Virus record (IMG/VR): IMGVR_UViG_2802429243_000002
Direction: 5' to 3' (one strand)
Length of the DNA stretch: 31,374 bases
From: a virus
Lineage: Duplodnaviria > Heunggongvirae > Uroviricota > Caudoviricetes
This document shows, one piece after another, positions 1 to 10,406 of this stretch (the first letter of the stretch is position 1; each line of letters starts with the position of its first letter). The notes under the pieces are model-generated. The model saw only the letters and a list, made by a program, of their open reading frames with translations. It did no database searches and was not told the DNA's origin. Both the position numbers and the translations under genes were made by a program.

Positions 1-1
1 T

Positions 2-418
2 AATAATTCCATTTGTGTATTAATGCTCGACATTGATCACTTCAAGAAGATAAATGACCAGCATGGACATCACACTGGAGATATAGTAATAAGCACAGTA
101 ACAAAAATCATTGCAAAAACTATTCGCAGAAGGGACTTATTTGGTCGCCTTGGTGGTGAAGAGTTCGCAGTTGTATTTAATGGACTTTCACTCGCACAGA
201 TCCCATCAATCAGCGAGAGAATAAGAAGAAATATTGAAATAAAAACACAGAATCTAACTGTAAAGTATGGTGTAAAAAAAGTCACTATCAGCATTGGTGG
301 TTTTGTTGCAAACTCAAACAAGTTTACCCCATCAGAGATGTTGATTAATGCTGACAAGGCGTTATACGAAGCCAAAAGAACGGGAAGAAACAAAGTTGTG
401 ATCTATACATCGGACTAA
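2..418 (+). CDS. GGDEF-domain diguanylate cyclase, C-terminal part (5' end lies outside the window)
   Basis: Frame is open from position 2 with no upstream stop. Translation carries GGDEF-domain hallmarks (LDIDHFKKINDQHGH, GGEEF active-site motif, YEAKRTGRNKV). AT-rich codon usage. Confidence 0.8.
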   Translation, partial: NNSICVLMLDIDHFKKINDQHGHHTGDIVISTVTKIIAKTIRRRDLFGRLGGEEFAVVFNGLSLAQIPSISERIRRNIEIKTQNLTVKYGVKKVTISIGGFVANSNKFTPSEMLINADKALYEAKRTGRNKVVIYTSD

Positions 419-471
419 CTTCATATAATATAAATTACTAGTAATACCGCTATTCTCCATTGCCTTGAAAG

Positions 472-509
472 AAACCGCCGCACATATAATAATGTGCAGC
501 GGTTTATAC
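472..509 (+). terminator. Rho-independent terminator downstream of the GGDEF gene
   Basis: Imperfect inverted repeat AAACCGCCGCACAT / ATGTGCAGCGGTTT around a 6-nt loop, followed by TTTATACT. Confidence 0.6.
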
Positions 510-709
510 TCTACAATCTCAACAAGTAAGGGCAAAAATCACAACTATCTAATACATAAAGATTTTATTTATTTTTCAAAATGTTAAACAATATCAATTA
601 CTACAACAAATTACGATAACCCACCCTTTTCTTTGCCCCTTTTCCTACTTTTTGCCCCATTTTTGCCACCGAAAAAAATTCCAAAACGTCTCAATCAAAG
701 TCAAACCAA

Positions 710-743
710 CCGCAGCACGTTCTTGCATACGACGTGACTGCGG
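710..743. repeat. att-like imperfect palindromic repeat, copy A
   Basis: CCGCAGCACGTTCTTGCATACGACGTGACTGCGG; itself an imperfect palindrome. A near-identical copy lies at 1956-1989 and similarity extends about 15 bp upstream (AAAGTC...). The two copies bracket the MBL hydrolase gene. Confidence 0.6.
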
Positions 744-851
744 TTTCAACTCTCGCCAGCCAAATCATGACTACATGAAAAAAAACAGTAAAAGAATAAA
801 GTTATGCTTCTAGACATGCTACCAACCAAACGGTGATAAGACAGAAAAATG

Positions 852-1652
852 CTATTCATCAAAAAAGACTGTGTCCCCACAGGAAAGTCGGTATTTGTCT
901 CTAAGCCACAGCCTTCCCCATCGTCCCGTGCAATGGCATCCCATAATTCTTTCTGGATTTACTTCCTTGAGAAATTTCATGAGATTTATGAGCTTTGATG
1001 GAGTGGCTGTACGTAGATGAAATCCGCCGATAATGGCATAAACACTCTTTTCACCTGTAATTTTGAGGCAATGGCGAACCGTGTCTTCCAACCCACGGTG
1101 ACCGCATCCGGTAATAACGACTAAACCACGAGATGAGCACCAGATAAGAGCGCCTTCGTCAGGCACATAATCGAGCGCTCCGGTACTGACATCGGTAATA
1201 CCATATGCTGCAGGCTTTTCGACGGGAATTTCACCAGTCCAGATGAAGCGTTTTCCCACTGTGTGGGGACCTTTACTGAACAGAACATTATCGTCAGTAA
1301 AATTAAAATGCCGCGAAAGTTTTTTAACTGGTATTACCTTACCGGGGACTCGGACACAGGCATATCTTTCCCGCACAACTTCCGGATGGCAAATAATCAG
1401 GGTATCAGAGTTGAGCCAGTTGACGCCGCCGATGTGATCATAGTGGCCATGAGATAACACCACCGCGCTTAAATTCGACAGCGGCTCATTCATCAGTCGA
1501 GCGTTTCTGACAAATGTTTCATCTGGACCGGTATCAAATAGAATCCGACTATCCCCGTCATCCAGCAGAATACAGAGGCCCGCCCGAGGTTGCATCCCTG
1601 GCTTGGCCAATGGGGACAGATGGTTTTCAACCAGCATTGTCATTTTCAGCAT
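852..1652 (-). CDS. MBL-fold metallo-hydrolase
   Basis: 266-aa ORF with the metallo-beta-lactamase-fold zinc motif SHGHYDHIGG (HxHxDH) and later His/Cys/Asp residues (GCGH, GGFH). N-terminal MTMLVENH resembles the MBL subfamily annotated as dihydropterin-type synthase-like. Flanked by the att-like repeats. Confidence 0.8.
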   Translation of the reverse strand: MLKMTMLVENHLSPLAKPGMQPRAGLCILLDDGDSRILFDTGPDETFVRNARLMNEPLSNLSAVVLSHGHYDHIGGVNWLNSDTLIICHPEVVRERYACVRVPGKVIPVKKLSRHFNFTDDNVLFSKGPHTVGKRFIWTGEIPVEKPAAYGITDVSTGALDYVPDEGALIWCSSRGLVVITGCGHRGLEDTVRHCLKITGEKSVYAIIGGFHLRTATPSKLINLMKFLKEVNPERIMGCHCTGRWGRLWLRDKYRLSCGDTVFFDE

Positions 1653-1955
1653 CAGGTCATTGGTTCCTTAAGCTCTGGTATCACTTCGATCCTATTTACC
1701 AAGGATGGCTATTTTATAAGTCATAAAAATATTATTCTAGCCTAACACAATAATCCGGTTACTTATTATAGTGAAGCGCAATAGATTATCTGAACACTTC
1801 AAAGCCGCTGCTGGCACATAACAGTCCTTAAGGAAATGGAGTGATATCATGGAATAACGTGAGGTGACGCTCAATGTCTCTCACACAAAAAATATGTAAA
1901 TTAATAACAATCTGAAATCATCCCACACTCGCACTATCGAAAGTCCACCAGCCAG

Positions 1956-1989
1956 CTGCAGCACGTTCTTTCATACGACATGTCTGCGG
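1956..1989. repeat. att-like imperfect palindromic repeat, copy B (candidate prophage-proximal att core)
   Basis: CTGCAGCACGTTCTTTCATACGACATGTCTGCGG; 3 mismatches to copy A over the ~33-bp core. Sits 17 bp downstream of the tfa stop, i.e. at the expected prophage end. Confidence 0.6.
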
Positions 1990-2005
1990 CATGTCATAAA
2001 AATGA

Positions 2006-2590
2006 TTACTCCATAACAGGGACAGCAGGCCACTCAATATCCGGTGCTACTGATGTATCAACACGGTTCAGCAACACCCGATACTTTTTCCAGACTTCCA
2101 GCAACGAGATTTCTTCCTCCGTTGCAATTTCCAGATCTGCAGCATCCTGAAGCGGCGCAATATGCTCACTGGCTACCTGCATCAGGTTGTTTTTTGTTTC
2201 TTCCGCCTCCCGGATCCGGAACAGTTTTTCTGCTTCCGTATCCTTCACCCAGGCTGTGCCGTTCCACTTCTGAAACTCCCCTTCCGGCGATAACCAGGTA
2301 ACATTTTCCGGTAACGGACCGAGTTCAGAAATAAATAACGCGTCGCCGGAAGCCACGTCATAAACCGTTTTACCCCGATGATCTTCAACGAGATGCCACG
2401 ATGACTCATCACTGTTGAAAACAGCCACGAAGCCAGCCGGAATATCTGGCGGTGCAATATCGGTACTGTTTGCTGGCAGACCTGTATGAGGCGGAATATA
2501 TGCATCACCTTCACCAATAAATTCATTAGTTCCGGCCAGCAGATTATAAATTTTTATGGTCCGTGGTTGTTCACTCATTCTGAATGCCAT
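2006..2590 (-). CDS. tfa: Tail fiber assembly protein (Tfa family)
   Basis: 194-aa ORF immediately downstream of stf with a 1-nt overlap. Size, position and sequence ([24 protein letters not shown]...) are typical of lambdoid Tfa chaperones. Confidence 0.85.
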   Translation of the reverse strand: MAFRMSEQPRTIKIYNLLAGTNEFIGEGDAYIPPHTGLPANSTDIAPPDIPAGFVAVFNSDESSWHLVEDHRGKTVYDVASGDALFISELGPLPENVTWLSPEGEFQKWNGTAWVKDTEAEKLFRIREAEETKNNLMQVASEHIAPLQDAADLEIATEEEISLLEVWKKYRVLLNRVDTSVAPDIEWPAVPVME

Positions 2591-5550
2591 TATGCAAGCC
2601 TCACAATATAGTTAAATGCGATGTTTTTGACGGTGTTTTCCGCGTTACCAGCAGCGTTAACGGTGATGGTGTGTCCATGTGAACCAATCGCAACGGAGTG
2701 CGTATGAGCACCAATACCGACAGTATGCGCGTGTGCACCTGCAGATGCTGCTGTGCCGGACAGTGAGTGGCTATGATTACCATCTGTACTGGTATTAGCT
2801 AACCACCCCGTAGACATACCTACTGAGCCTTGTACACCCCAGGTATTTTGACCTGAGCTTGTATAACCATATTGATAAGTATCTTTAAAAACACTGGGGT
2901 TAAATCGACGGCCATCTCTATGGCTGTGATTACCAGCTGCATTCGTGCTGCCACTTAAACTATGGGTATGCGCACCAGTGTTATTCGTGGATTTAGTGCC
3001 GTAATCAAACGACGATGTGGTTTTCGTCCCCAAATCCGTACTGGATGCGCTGGCGCTGTGGGTATGCGATTTAATGCCGTCCTGTTCCTGAGACAATACG
3101 GCCCGACCACTGGCAGGTTTGCCCTTAATCGTCCAGCCACGCATATCAGGGATCACGCCTGACGGATAAGCGGCTGCAAGTTTCGGGTATGCAGATTTGT
3201 CAAAAGTCTGCCCCTGCATCAGGGCATAGCCAGACGGAACGGTATCTGATGGCCACGGGATTGGTGCGCCAGGCGGATAAAACTGCTCTGATGGCGTATA
3301 GAGTGAATAAACTGTACCGTCCGTTAACCCTTCCGGCTTATTAGCAGAATATGCTGGTGACGTATGAATCGTCACGCTGGCATTACTGGTATAATCCCAT
3401 TGAATATTTACACCAGTCGCATAATTTCCGATTGCAACGTAAATATCGTAAGTATCACCAGATGTATTGACCCAGGCAAAATTTGTAAACCCTGTCGATG
3501 TGCGCTGCCATAAAGCACCAGTAATCCCCTTCGGATTACCATTACCTGCACGTAAAACAAGTTCAGATATACCTGCCTGTTGAGGTGACCCCACGTTAAA
3601 TCCAGCGCCACCAATCAACGTAATTGAAACAACAGAACTCGCCTGTGGCATGGTTACCGTTGCTAATTTGAACCAACCAGCACCACCGCTGAATGACATT
3701 GTTGTTGAGTTAAGCGTACCAATATCTTTCGGCGTCAGTGTTATATCCGCTGAAAGCGCCTTACCATTCACCTTACGGGCAGAAGGTACCCGACCATTCG
3801 CATTGTCATTAGCTGCTTTCACTGCTTTCGGTGTCGCAGCAAGCGTTTCAGATGTGCTGTTGGTTGCACTACTGAGCTGGACAATTCCTTTTTGTGCTGT
3901 CGTAGCGTCCTGTGCGGTGTATTTCCCGTTAGCCAGGTCATACGCGGCCTTAACGGCTTTTGGCGTTGCCGCCTGTGACTCGGAAGTGCTGTTAGTCGCA
4001 CTGCTGAGCTGAACTATCCCTTTCTGTGCTGTCGTTGCATCCTGTGCGGTGTATTTCCCGTTAGCCAGGTCATACGCGGCCTTAACGGCTTTTGGCGTTG
4101 CCGCCTGTGACTCGGAAGTGCTGTTGGTCGCACTGCTGAGCTGTACTATCCCCTTTTTCGTCGTGCTCGCATCCTCAAGCGCCACGGCGGATGCAATATC
4201 CTCTGCCCGTTTTGCTGCTGTCTCGGCGCGCGTTGCCGCGGATTCCGCCGTACTTTTGCTCTGTGCTGCCGCTGCCGCACTGCCAGCAGCCTCTGTCGCC
4301 TTCGTGGATGCCGTCGTGGCGCTGCCCCTCGCTGCTGACGCCTGTCTGGTCGCCTCATCTTTTGAAGCAGACGCAGATGATGCCGATGACGCCGCCGAAC
4401 TGGCGGACGATGCGGCAGCCGTTTTTGAGGATTCTGCGCTGGTTTCCGACGCTTTCGCGTTCGTTTCGGATGTCTTCGCTGCGGAAGCAGACCTCGCTGC
4501 TGCGCTGGCCTGTTCAGTGGCTTCGCCAGCCTTCGTTGTGGCTGTTGAAGCGGATGATGCGGCGCTTTCTGCCGATTTTCCGGCGGCGGTGGCACTGACT
4601 GCTGCCTCCTCTGCCTTAATGGACGCCTCACGGGCCGATGATGCAGCTGCTGTCTCAGAGTCTGCCGCAGCTGAGGCGCTCTGTTCCGCTGCCGTTTCAG
4701 AAGACCTGGCATTCGTCTCGGACGTTTTTGCCGCCTTCACGGAATTTCCTGCCGCCGTTGCCGAGGAGGCTGCACTGCTGGCGCTTGTGGAGGCGTTCGT
4801 TTCTGATGATTTTGCCGCCTCTTTGGAGGCCGCCGCATCTCTGGCTGAAGTGGCGGCTTCTGACGCTTTCGTCGTCGCAGTGGATGCAGAAGTGGCTGCT
4901 GATTTTTGTGACGCTGCAGCATTCGTTTCTGACGTTTTCGCCGCACCGGCACTGGTGGCCGCCGCGCTTTTTGAGGACTCTGCAGCGGCAGCACTTTTTG
5001 ATGCTTCAGTGGCCTTTGTTGATGCCGTTCCTGCGCTGGAAGACGCCTCCTGAGCCGAAGTCGCGGCCTGTCCGGCTGACGTGCTGGCTGCACGCGCTGA
5101 GCCTGCAGCATCAGTCGCATGGGTTGCCGCCTCACGGGCAGATGTGCCGGCATCACTGGCTGACTTCTTCGCGGCTGCCGTGTTCTGTGCCACCGCGGAC
5201 GCGTTACGCGTCACCTCTTCCACCATCAGTTCAAAACGGCGCAGAGCCTCCGGACGGGCATCATCCTCCGTCATGGCACCGAGAAAATCATTCAGCGTAC
5301 CGGGTCGGGAATCTTCATACACGGTGATGGTCCCGGCATGTGACGGCGGGAATCCTTCCACCAACAGAATAACGCTGTACTGACCGTACTCAACGTCCAT
5401 GCTGTAACGCCCGGCTTCATCCGGATTTTCTGAGGCCAGCGTGTTCACCACCACCGTGGTGCTGTTACGTTTTGCTTTCAGCTGGATTGTGCAGTTCTGT
5501 ACCGGTTTTCCTGTGCCGTCTTTCAGTACACCTGAAATCTTTACTGCCAT
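2590..5550 (-). CDS. stf: Side tail fiber protein (Stf)
   Basis: Probable ATG at 5550 ([12 protein letters not shown]...) preceded by a GGGGTGA SD-like sequence; the ORF track starts 2 codons upstream at a GTG. Long Ala/Ser/Thr-rich central region, three tandem 44-aa fiber repeats ([44 protein letters not shown]), C-terminal His-x-His-rich domain ending [11 protein letters not shown]. Confidence 0.9.
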   Translation of the reverse strand: MAVKISGVLKDGTGKPVQNCTIQLKAKRNSTTVVVNTLASENPDEAGRYSMDVEYGQYSVILLVEGFPPSHAGTITVYEDSRPGTLNDFLGAMTEDDARPEALRRFELMVEEVTRNASAVAQNTAAAKKSASDAGTSAREAATHATDAAGSARAASTSAGQAATSAQEASSSAGTASTKATEASKSAAAAESSKSAAATSAGAAKTSETNAAASQKSAATSASTATTKASEAATSARDAAASKEAAKSSETNASTSASSAASSATAAGNSVKAAKTSETNARSSETAAEQSASAAADSETAAASSAREASIKAEEAAVSATAAGKSAESAASSASTATTKAGEATEQASAAARSASAAKTSETNAKASETSAESSKTAAASSASSAASSASSASASKDEATRQASAARGSATTASTKATEAAGSAAAAAQSKSTAESAATRAETAAKRAEDIASAVALEDASTTKKGIVQLSSATNSTSESQAATPKAVKAAYDLANGKYTAQDATTAQKGIVQLSSATNSTSESQAATPKAVKAAYDLANGKYTAQDATTAQKGIVQLSSATNSTSETLAATPKAVKAANDNANGRVPSARKVNGKALSADITLTPKDIGTLNSTTMSFSGGAGWFKLATVTMPQASSVVSITLIGGAGFNVGSPQQAGISELVLRAGNGNPKGITGALWQRTSTGFTNFAWVNTSGDTYDIYVAIGNYATGVNIQWDYTSNASVTIHTSPAYSANKPEGLTDGTVYSLYTPSEQFYPPGAPIPWPSDTVPSGYALMQGQTFDKSAYPKLAAAYPSGVIPDMRGWTIKGKPASGRAVLSQEQDGIKSHTHSASASSTDLGTKTTSSFDYGTKSTNNTGAHTHSLSGSTNAAGNHSHRDGRRFNPSVFKDTYQYGYTSSGQNTWGVQGSVGMSTGWLANTSTDGNHSHSLSGTAASAGAHAHTVGIGAHTHSVAIGSHGHTITVNAAGNAENTVKNIAFNYIVRLA
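3777..4172. repeat. Tandem 132-bp coding repeat (about 3 copies) inside stf
   Basis: The motif CCTGTGCGGTGTATTTCCCGTTAGCCAGGTCATACGCGGCC recurs at 3909 and 4041 (period 132 bp), with a more diverged copy upstream. It encodes the 44-aa fiber repeat. Confidence 0.85.
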
Positions 5551-5558
5551 ATTCACCC

Positions 5559-5588
5559 CACAAAAAAGCCCGCCTGAACCGGCGGGCT
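5559..5588 (-). terminator. Rho-independent terminator downstream of lom, immediately before the stf start
   Basis: Minus-strand hairpin AGCCCGCC-GGUUCA-GGCGGGCU followed by UUUUUUG. Confidence 0.75.
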
Positions 5589-5614
5589 GTCATAACACTG
5601 TGTTACCTGGCTAA

Positions 5615-6214
5615 TCAGAACTTATAACCGACACCCACGATGAAACCGTCAGTGCGCCAGTCGCCACTGCCGGAGCCTTCATAAGCAATATCAATGGCCA
5701 CGGATTCGGTCGGGTTAAACTGCACGCCAGCTCCCCATGCCAGAGACGTGTTGCTGTGGCGACCGTCATCACTTCCGGTCAGCACGTCGTGCGTTTTCCC
5801 CTTGTTGTCAGTTACGCGGAGATAATCCCCGGAGAAAGTCGACACACGGCTGTAAGCCACACCCGCCATCGCATACGCGCTGAACCATTCATTCACGCGC
5901 ACAGACGGCCCCGCCATTACGCTGAACCAGCGGTTACGAACGGAATCTTCATGCCAGCGAGTATCGCTGTAATGGGTCAGCTGGCGATTCTTGTCTCCTG
6001 CATAGCTGAATGACGTCACCAGCCCCAGCGTATCCGTAAACTCATAACGGTATTTCACGTTAATCCCGTTCAGATCATCACTGCCGGGAACGTTGGTCCG
6101 GGCATGAAGATACCCCGCGCTCAGCGTGGACTGATGTTCAGACGCCCATGCAGGCGCACCGGATACGGCCAGACAAATGGCTGCGGACAAAATTGCTGCA
6201 CAAACTTTACGCAT
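5615..6214 (-). CDS. lom: Lom/Ail/PagC-family outer-membrane beta-barrel protein
   Basis: 199-aa ORF with an N-terminal signal peptide (AAILSAAICLAVSGAPAWA), alternating beta-strand pattern and the C-terminal GVGYKF ending typical of Ail/Lom. Sits between J and stf as in lambda. Confidence 0.9.
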   Translation of the reverse strand: MRKVCAAILSAAICLAVSGAPAWASEHQSTLSAGYLHARTNVPGSDDLNGINVKYRYEFTDTLGLVTSFSYAGDKNRQLTHYSDTRWHEDSVRNRWFSVMAGPSVRVNEWFSAYAMAGVAYSRVSTFSGDYLRVTDNKGKTHDVLTGSDDGRHSNTSLAWGAGVQFNPTESVAIDIAYEGSGSGDWRTDGFIVGVGYKF

Positions 6215-6237
6215 AATTACCTCTCGCTTTTCTGCAA

Positions 6238-6270
6238 TAAAAAAGGCGTCATTCCTGACGCCCTTTATTG
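6238..6270 (-). terminator. Rho-independent terminator downstream of J
   Basis: Minus-strand hairpin GGCGUCA-GGAA-UGACGCC followed by UUUUUUAUU, 15 nt after the J stop. Confidence 0.8.
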
Positions 6271-6284
6271 GGGTTATAAATATT

Positions 6285-9200
6285 TCAACGAATACTGATG
6301 CCGGAAGCAGCTTTTTTGGTCACAATCACCGTACAGTCGGTGATATTGCCTGCCCCCTGATTGCCTTTCTGGAAAATCTTAAACTCCAGAGTGACGCTAC
6401 CACCACCACTAGGCATATCAATAACTGCACTGTAACTACCGGGAATGGCCCCTTTAGTTTCTCTGGATGCGATTAATACGCCGTTTTTGCGAACTTCAAA
6501 ACCATAACCCGTGTATCGCGTGCCTCCTGGGTTATTTCCGCTCCCCGGATCGTCATACGCTATACCGTTAAAAATAATGGGCGGAATAATAATCTGGCGG
6601 TCAAAGTTATGATCATCGCTGATGGTGACTGTAACCGTACCGTCTGGTGTTTCCGTGTTACCCCACGTACCGACTTTTTTCGGGAAGGCTTTTGATACAG
6701 CTTTAACGAAATCCCCTCTGACCTGGGTCGCCTCCAGCATGCCCTTAATCGTACAGTTCTGGTTAATCGTGACATTGTTGAGCGTTCCTGAGTTCGCATT
6801 CACACTGCCACTGATATCCGCATTTTTAGCGGTCAGCTTTCCGTCTGATGTCAGGGAAAATACCGGAGGACTGCCACCACTGGTAATGGTGGGGGCCGTC
6901 AGGCGCTTCAGGAACACGTCGTTCATGAATATCTGATTGCCCTGCGCCACAAACATCGGCGTTTCATTCCCGTTTGCCGGGTCAATAAATGCGATACGGT
7001 TAGCGGCAACCAGAAACTGACTCAGTTTGCCTTCCTCCGTGTCCTCCATGCTGAGGCCAATACCCGCGACATAATGTTTGCCGTCTTTGGTCTGCTCAAT
7101 TTTGACACCCCACATGGCATTCCATTTATCGTTGGCGTCCTTCCACTCTTTCGAAAACTCCTCCAGTCTGCTGGCGTTATCCTCCGTCAGCTCGACTTTT
7201 TCCAGCAGCTCCTTGCCGAGATGGGATTCGGTTATCTTGCCTTTGAAAAAATCCAGGTAACCTTCCGCATCATCGCTCGCCCGACCGACGGCCTCCACGA
7301 ATGCCGATTTGCCAACGGTGTTCACACTGCGGATATAAAAGTAATAATCATGGCCCGGTTTGATATTGATACTGGCGGCTATCCAGTACAGCGCCGTACC
7401 AAGATAGCGGGCTGTGGTTTCAACCTGCCTGATATCGGTAATCCGCTTTTCCGAGAACCAGAACTCAAACTGTACCGTCGGGTCATAAACGGCAAGATGC
7501 GGCGTGGCGGTTATCTGAAAATAGCCCGGCGTCAGCTCAATCCTCGACGGTGCTGCCGGTGCGGCAATCCGGAACGATACCGACGCCGGATCGCCCTGCT
7601 GCCCCCACGCATTTACCGCCCGGACTGTCAGCCTGTAGTTCCCCAGCGCCAGTTGCCTGAAGCGGTATGTGGTTTCCGTCGTCCGGGCCGTGCTGACCAG
7701 CCGCTCACTGCCGTCATCCGCTGTTACGGTCAGACGGAGCAGGAAGCTCACGCCCTTCACCACCTTCGGCGTGTCCCAGCGGGCCAGCACCTGGTATTCC
7801 CCACTGTCTGCGGTGACTTCGGCAGTCAGGTGCTGCACCGCTGGCGGCGTGACACCATTCACCGTGCCGCTCTGGTCGCCGTCAAAGTGCGCCCCGTTAT
7901 CCACGATGGCTTCTTTTTCCGGTACATGCTGCACGGCGGTGATGGCATACGTGCCGTCGTCGTTCTCACGGATACTCACGCAGCGGAACAGGCGCTGGCG
8001 CAGCGTCGGCAACTTCAGCCCCCATACGCTGTATCCGGCAACGCCGTCAGGAACACGGCTCACTTTTACCTTCACGCCGTCGGTGACGGACTGGACCTCC
8101 ACGCTGACCGGATTGCCACTTCCGTCAACCAGGCTTATCAGCGTGGTACCGGAGGATGGCAGCGTGATTTCACGGTCGAGCGTCAGCGTCCGGGTCTGGC
8201 TGTTTACCGCCAGCACGCGCCCGCCGGTGCTGATACCGGCATAGTCATCATCACAGATTTCAATGACATCGCCCGGCACATGGCGAAGCCCTTCTGCGCC
8301 CACGCTGAAGTCCACGGTCTGCGTTTCCAGCAGTTCTGTTTTAATCAGCCACAGCCCGGCGCGATGTGCCTGCCCCCGGCTGGTACAGCCAAAGGCATCC
8401 ATCTTCGTGACGTTACGACCGTAACGGGCAATGGCCTGCGTGTCCTCCACAAGCTCTGTCGCCGTCTCCCAGCCGTTATTCGGGTCAATCCAGTTCACCT
8501 CAACGGCATTATGGCGGTCCTTCAGGGCGCTGAAGCTGTAGCGGAACGGCGCGCCATCATCCGGCATCACCACATTACTGCGGTTATAGGTCCACACCTT
8601 ATCTGATGGTCGGTCCTGCACGAACGTCAGCGTCTGCCCGTTCCATACCGGCATACAGCGCATCGCCGAGCAGAAATCACTGAGCACATCCCACGCCTTG
8701 CGCTGTGTGGTCAGGTACGCATTACAGGTGATGCGCGGCTCCGTGCCGCCAAAGCCGTCCGGCACCGACTGGTCGCAGTACTGGCCGATGACATACAGCG
8801 CCCATTTATCCACGTCCGCCGCACCAAGACGTTTTCCCATGCCGTAGCGCGGATGGGTCAGCATATCCCACAGACACCAGGCCGGGTTGTTGCTGTATGC
8901 CGGTTTAAACGTTCCGTCCCAGATACCGCTGTATTGCCGCGTCTGCGGGTTATAATTCGACGGCACCTGCAGAATACGCCCGCGCAGATGATAATTACGG
9001 CTCACCTGCTGGCTGCCGAACTGCTCCGAATCCACCTGCACGCCGACCAGTGCCGTGTTCGGGTAGCTCTGTTTCACATCGATGATTTCGGTGTATGACG
9101 ACCAGAGCGTTTTGTTCTGCAGCTGCTCTGTGGTGCTGTCCGGCGTCATTCTGCGCATCCGGATATTAAACGGGCGCGGCGGCAGGTTATCCACCACCAC

Positions 9201-9698
9201 CGAGGCCAGATACTGCGAGGTGGTTTTGCCCTTAATGGTGATGTCTTTTTCCGTCACCCAGCCACCGTTACGCTGTATCTGAACCAGCAGGCGGACTTCC
9301 GACGGATTCCGGTCCCCCTTTGAGGTGGTTTCCACCAGTGCCTGCACACCGAAGGTAAAGCGCAGACGGTCGATGTTTGCAGACGTGATGGTCCGGGTAA
9401 TCGGCGTGTCGTACTTCACTTCCGTACCCAGCACCGTCTCGGAGCCGGAGGATTCAAATCCCTCCGGCGGTGTCTGCTCCTGCTCACCTGCCCGGAAAAC
9501 CACCGTGACACCGGAGATATTGGTATTCCCCTCACTGTCCAGCACTGGCGTACTGTTCAGCAGCACACTTTTTAATCCGTCCACCGGACCTTCAATCGGC
9601 CCTTCACTGATGGCATCGATCACACTCAGCAACTGCGTGGACTTCAGGTTGTCCCTCGCTTCACGCGGGGTATGTCCCTTACTGCTGCCTTTACCCAT
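6285..9698 (-). CDS. J: Tail tip host-specificity protein J (central tail fiber)
   Basis: 1137-aa ORF downstream of I; lambda gpJ-like length and architecture; SD GAGGA upstream of the ATG. Confidence 0.92.
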   Translation of the reverse strand: MGKGSSKGHTPREARDNLKSTQLLSVIDAISEGPIEGPVDGLKSVLLNSTPVLDSEGNTNISGVTVVFRAGEQEQTPPEGFESSGSETVLGTEVKYDTPITRTITSANIDRLRFTFGVQALVETTSKGDRNPSEVRLLVQIQRNGGWVTEKDITIKGKTTSQYLASVVVDNLPPRPFNIRMRRMTPDSTTEQLQNKTLWSSYTEIIDVKQSYPNTALVGVQVDSEQFGSQQVSRNYHLRGRILQVPSNYNPQTRQYSGIWDGTFKPAYSNNPAWCLWDMLTHPRYGMGKRLGAADVDKWALYVIGQYCDQSVPDGFGGTEPRITCNAYLTTQRKAWDVLSDFCSAMRCMPVWNGQTLTFVQDRPSDKVWTYNRSNVVMPDDGAPFRYSFSALKDRHNAVEVNWIDPNNGWETATELVEDTQAIARYGRNVTKMDAFGCTSRGQAHRAGLWLIKTELLETQTVDFSVGAEGLRHVPGDVIEICDDDYAGISTGGRVLAVNSQTRTLTLDREITLPSSGTTLISLVDGSGNPVSVEVQSVTDGVKVKVSRVPDGVAGYSVWGLKLPTLRQRLFRCVSIRENDDGTYAITAVQHVPEKEAIVDNGAHFDGDQSGTVNGVTPPAVQHLTAEVTADSGEYQVLARWDTPKVVKGVSFLLRLTVTADDGSERLVSTARTTETTYRFRQLALGNYRLTVRAVNAWGQQGDPASVSFRIAAPAAPSRIELTPGYFQITATPHLAVYDPTVQFEFWFSEKRITDIRQVETTARYLGTALYWIAASINIKPGHDYYFYIRSVNTVGKSAFVEAVGRASDDAEGYLDFFKGKITESHLGKELLEKVELTEDNASRLEEFSKEWKDANDKWNAMWGVKIEQTKDGKHYVAGIGLSMEDTEEGKLSQFLVAANRIAFIDPANGNETPMFVAQGNQIFMNDVFLKRLTAPTITSGGSPPVFSLTSDGKLTAKNADISGSVNANSGTLNNVTINQNCTIKGMLEATQVRGDFVKAVSKAFPKKVGTWGNTETPDGTVTVTISDDHNFDRQIIIPPIIFNGIAYDDPGSGNNPGGTRYTGYGFEVRKNGVLIASRETKGAIPGSYSAVIDMPSGGGSVTLEFKIFQKGNQGAGNITDCTVIVTKKAASGISIR

Positions 9699-9758
9699 TC
9701 CTCACGCTCCATAAACGACAAAACCGCCCGCAGGCGGTTTCACACAAAACATTCTGCA

Positions 9759-10406
9759 TCAGCGACCAATCACCACAACCTGACCACCATCTCCTTCATC
9801 TGCCGTGCTGATCTCCTGAGAAATCACCCGTGACCCCACGCGCATTTCACCGTACAGAACCGGCAGAACATTGCCCTGGGCAACCATGTTATCCAGTGAG
9901 GAGAAATAGGTGTTCTGCTTACCGTTATCCGTTGTCTGTGTGCGGGGAGTTCTGGCTTTCGGTGCCAGCATCTGCGCCACACCGCCCAGGATCATACTGG
10001 CCCCTGCCGCATACATGCCCGATACAGCCGCGGCACCCAGCCAGCCCACAGGGTTCCACCATGCCACCGCAATCAGCGCCGCACCCAGCACTGCCTGAAA
10101 AACACCGCCACTTTTAGCTCCCGCCAGACGCGGCACAATGTGGATCACGGCACCATTTGCCAGCGGCTCATTAAGACGGGCAGATAATTCATTTTCTCCT
10201 GCATCACGCCCGACAATGCGCACCTGATACCAGCCCTCATTCAGTTTCTGACGAAACGCCGGGAGCTGTGTGGCCAGCGCCCGGATGGCTTCGGCCCCCG
10301 TTTTCACACGAAGGTCGATGCGGCGGCCAAATCGTTGCAAATCCCCGTAAAGGCAGATGCGCGCCATGCCCGGTGACGCCAGAGGGAGTGTGTGCGTCGC
10401 TGCCAT
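9759..10406 (-). CDS. I: Tail assembly protein I
   Basis: 215-aa ORF between K and J with a hydrophobic, Gly/Ala-rich C-terminal half typical of gpI. The start is uncertain: the ORF overlaps the K 3' end by about 100 nt, and an internal Met (MARICLYGD) is an alternative. Confidence 0.8.
   Translation of the reverse strand: MAATHTLPLASPGMARICLYGDLQRFGRRIDLRVKTGAEAIRALATQLPAFRQKLNEGWYQVRIVGRDAGENELSARLNEPLANGAVIHIVPRLAGAKSGGVFQAVLGAALIAVAWWNPVGWLGAAAVSGMYAAGASMILGGVAQMLAPKARTPRTQTTDNGKQNTYFSSLDNMVAQGNVLPVLYGEMRVGSRVISQEISTADEGDGGQVVVIGR

Noticed and set aside
70-393. 107-aa minus-strand ORF
   Set aside because: Antisense to the GGDEF gene, whose translation carries clear domain motifs.
3777-4172. 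Possible CRISPR array
   Set aside because: The repeats are 132-bp tandem coding repeats inside stf with no unique spacers.
4049-5053. 334-aa Ala-rich plus-strand ORF, and the Arg/Pro-rich minus-strand ORFs at 4146-4712 and 4737-5156
   Set aside because: Alternative frames across the low-complexity, repeat-rich central region of stf; an artefact of GC/Ala-codon bias.
7074-8606. 510-aa plus-strand ORF
   Set aside because: Lies entirely antisense to the well-supported J gene. Translation is Arg/Pro/Gly-rich with no domain-like features; a typical stop-poor antisense frame of a GC-rich gene.
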